From contig JBEWZL010000013.1 in NCBI GenBank assembly GCA_045837725.1, forward strand, positions 62,001 through 126,000: a stretch of DNA of 64,000 nt. The letters run 5' to 3'. This DNA is from Vermamoeba vermiformis. Lineage: Eukaryota. Under the pieces are notes generated by a model. The model was not told where the DNA came from, made no database searches, and saw only the letters and a list, made by a program, of their open reading frames with translations. This document shows positions 62,745 to 64,000 of the stretch, in pieces (positions within the stretch are counted from its first letter, which is position 1; the number at the start of each line of letters is the position of its first letter). Position numbers and translations under genes: made by a program.

Positions 62745-64000
62745 CTACTGTTTGTTTGCAGGTTGAGCAGGAGTGTCAGACTTGACCTTGTAAACAGGTC
62801 CAGCTTTCTTTGGCTTCGGTTCGAAGGTCTTAGGAGGCGCGGGGTTGTTCGTGTTGTTCATGTTCACGTTGTTGTTCGCGCTGCCCTTAGGTTGACCACG
62901 TGGCTTGAACTCACGAGCCACGGTTGGTTGTTGACCACGAGGCCATCTTGGTTGATCAGCTGGACTGTCAGTGCTCGTGTTTGCGCTCGTCGGCAAGTTG
63001 ATTCTATTGGGCTTAGGACTGCTCGAAGCGGCGGGCTCTTTCACTTCACGCGTGTTGTTTCCGTTGTTCCTCTTGTCTTCGCGTGGCTTTCGCTCGGGCT
63101 TGGGTCCTTCAGGTCGCTCGTTTCGCACGTTAGAATCTTTTTGTGGCTTGCCGTTGGCATTAGCGTCCTTCTTCCTGTTGTTGCCCTTTTCGGCATTGGG
63201 TGCCTTTTGTTGCTGAGTCTTTTGTTCAGCTGCAGCTGGCTTTTGAGACTTCTCGACGGGCTTGGTAGGCTCAGTAGGCTTGTCTTGTTTAACAGGGGTC
63301 TCTTTAGCCGGAGCTTCCTTGGCAGGAGTCTCTTTGGCACCAGTATCGGGGTTGCGAGTCACCTTCTCGTAGGTCGGTCGTCCTCGACCTTTAGGCTTCT
63401 CTGAGCGAGCACGTGGTGGTCGTTGATTCTCAGTGTCCTTGCTAGTCTGTTGCTTAGGCTGCTCAGTGACAGCTGTAGCATTGGCCGCGGCAGGTGTCTT
63501 TGGTGGCATTGTGACACTCGACTTGCCTGAGGTAATTGGAGCGGTAACATTGAATCCTCGAGGCTGAGTCTGGACGTTGGATGAAGGAGAAGGTGAAGCT
63601 GAGGGACTTTGTTGGACAACAGGCTGCTCTCCTGACTTTGGTTGCTGTTGTTGGATCTGCTGTTGCATCTGAGGGAAGGGCTGGGGAATGGCTGGTGTGA
63701 GGGCGTAGGTTCCGAGTTGAGGATTGAAAGTATAAAACACAGTGGGAGGAATAAATACAGGCGCTTGGTTGTAGTAAGGGTTATCTACAGTTGAAGTTAA
63801 TACACCATACATCAAACTGCTAGTGCTTGACTTACCTATATTAGACACGACGGGGTTTGGAATCACCTGTTGAGGCTTGCTGGAATAACGACGCGACTGC
63901 GGTGAATAGCCGGACACGGGCTGCTCAGGTACGACGTATTGCACGGGAACAACAGGAGCTGTGACAGCAACCTGTTGGACTTGCTGTTGTGGGACAGTTT
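62745..64000 (-). CDS. C-terminal part of a low-complexity P/Q/K/N-rich protein (5' end outside the window)
   Basis: Open frame of more than 400 codons up to the window edge, strong coding-like codon bias, no recognisable domain. Confidence 0.7.
   Translation of the reverse strand, partial: TVPQQQVQQVAVTAPVVPVQYVVPEQPVSGYSPQSRRYSSKPQQVIPNPVVSNIGKSSTSSLMYGVLTSTVDNPYYNQAPVFIPPTVFYTFNPQLGTYALTPAIPQPFPQMQQQIQQQQPKSGEQPVVQQSPSASPSPSSNVQTQPRGFNVTAPITSGKSSVTMPPKTPAAANATAVTEQPKQQTSKDTENQRPPRARSEKPKGRGRPTYEKVTRNPDTGAKETPAKEAPAKETPVKQDKPTEPTKPVEKSQKPAAAEQKTQQQKAPNAEKGNNRKKDANANGKPQKDSNVRNERPEGPKPERKPREDKRNNGNNTREVKEPAASSSPKPNRINLPTSANTSTDSPADQPRWPRGQQPTVAREFKPRGQPKGSANNNVNMNNTNNPAPPKTFEPKPKKAGPVYKVKSDTPAQPANKQ

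Noticed and set aside
1-64000. tRNA, rRNA, CRISPR arrays, transposase or reverse-transcriptase genes; long antisense ORFs such as 23070-23879, 47085-47678 and 62763-63404
   Set aside because: No such RNA genes, arrays or mobile-element genes were recognised by eye. The extra ORFs are alternate-frame or antisense shadows of real genes.

Overview
Gene-dense, AT-rich eukaryotic nuclear DNA with many short spliceosomal introns (mostly GT-AG, at least four GC-AG). A STAT/SHK-type SH2-like domain and a class C GPCR suggest an amoebozoan-like protist (inference). About 30 genes were assembled by hand across introns. Recognisable genes: selenocysteine glutathione peroxidase (in-frame TGA plus a 3' UTR SECIS), HEATR3/Syo1-like, mitochondrial ClpB/Hsp78, NmrA-like, two pectinacetylesterase/Notum paralogues, UBE3A-like HECT ligase, MKRN2OS-ZZ fusion, Tma17-like and a cytochrome P450. 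Accessory content: six or seven F-box-like genes, three divergent ARF GTPases that have lost the switch I Thr and switch II Gln, bacterial-type genes, and decayed duplicates. Most notable: (1) a predicted mitochondrial Whirly/MRP-like protein carrying an internal bacterial SSB-tail motif (FDDIPF); (2) the membrane-anchored Sec-GPx; (3) an 83-aa stand-alone RNase H1 hybrid-binding-domain protein absent from the ORF track; (4) the hypervariable pseudo-ARF array; (5) a sharply bounded CpG-depleted island inside one gene. All family assignments come from motif recognition by eye, not database searches. About nine single-base frameshifts and a homopolymer block suggest imperfect assembly.
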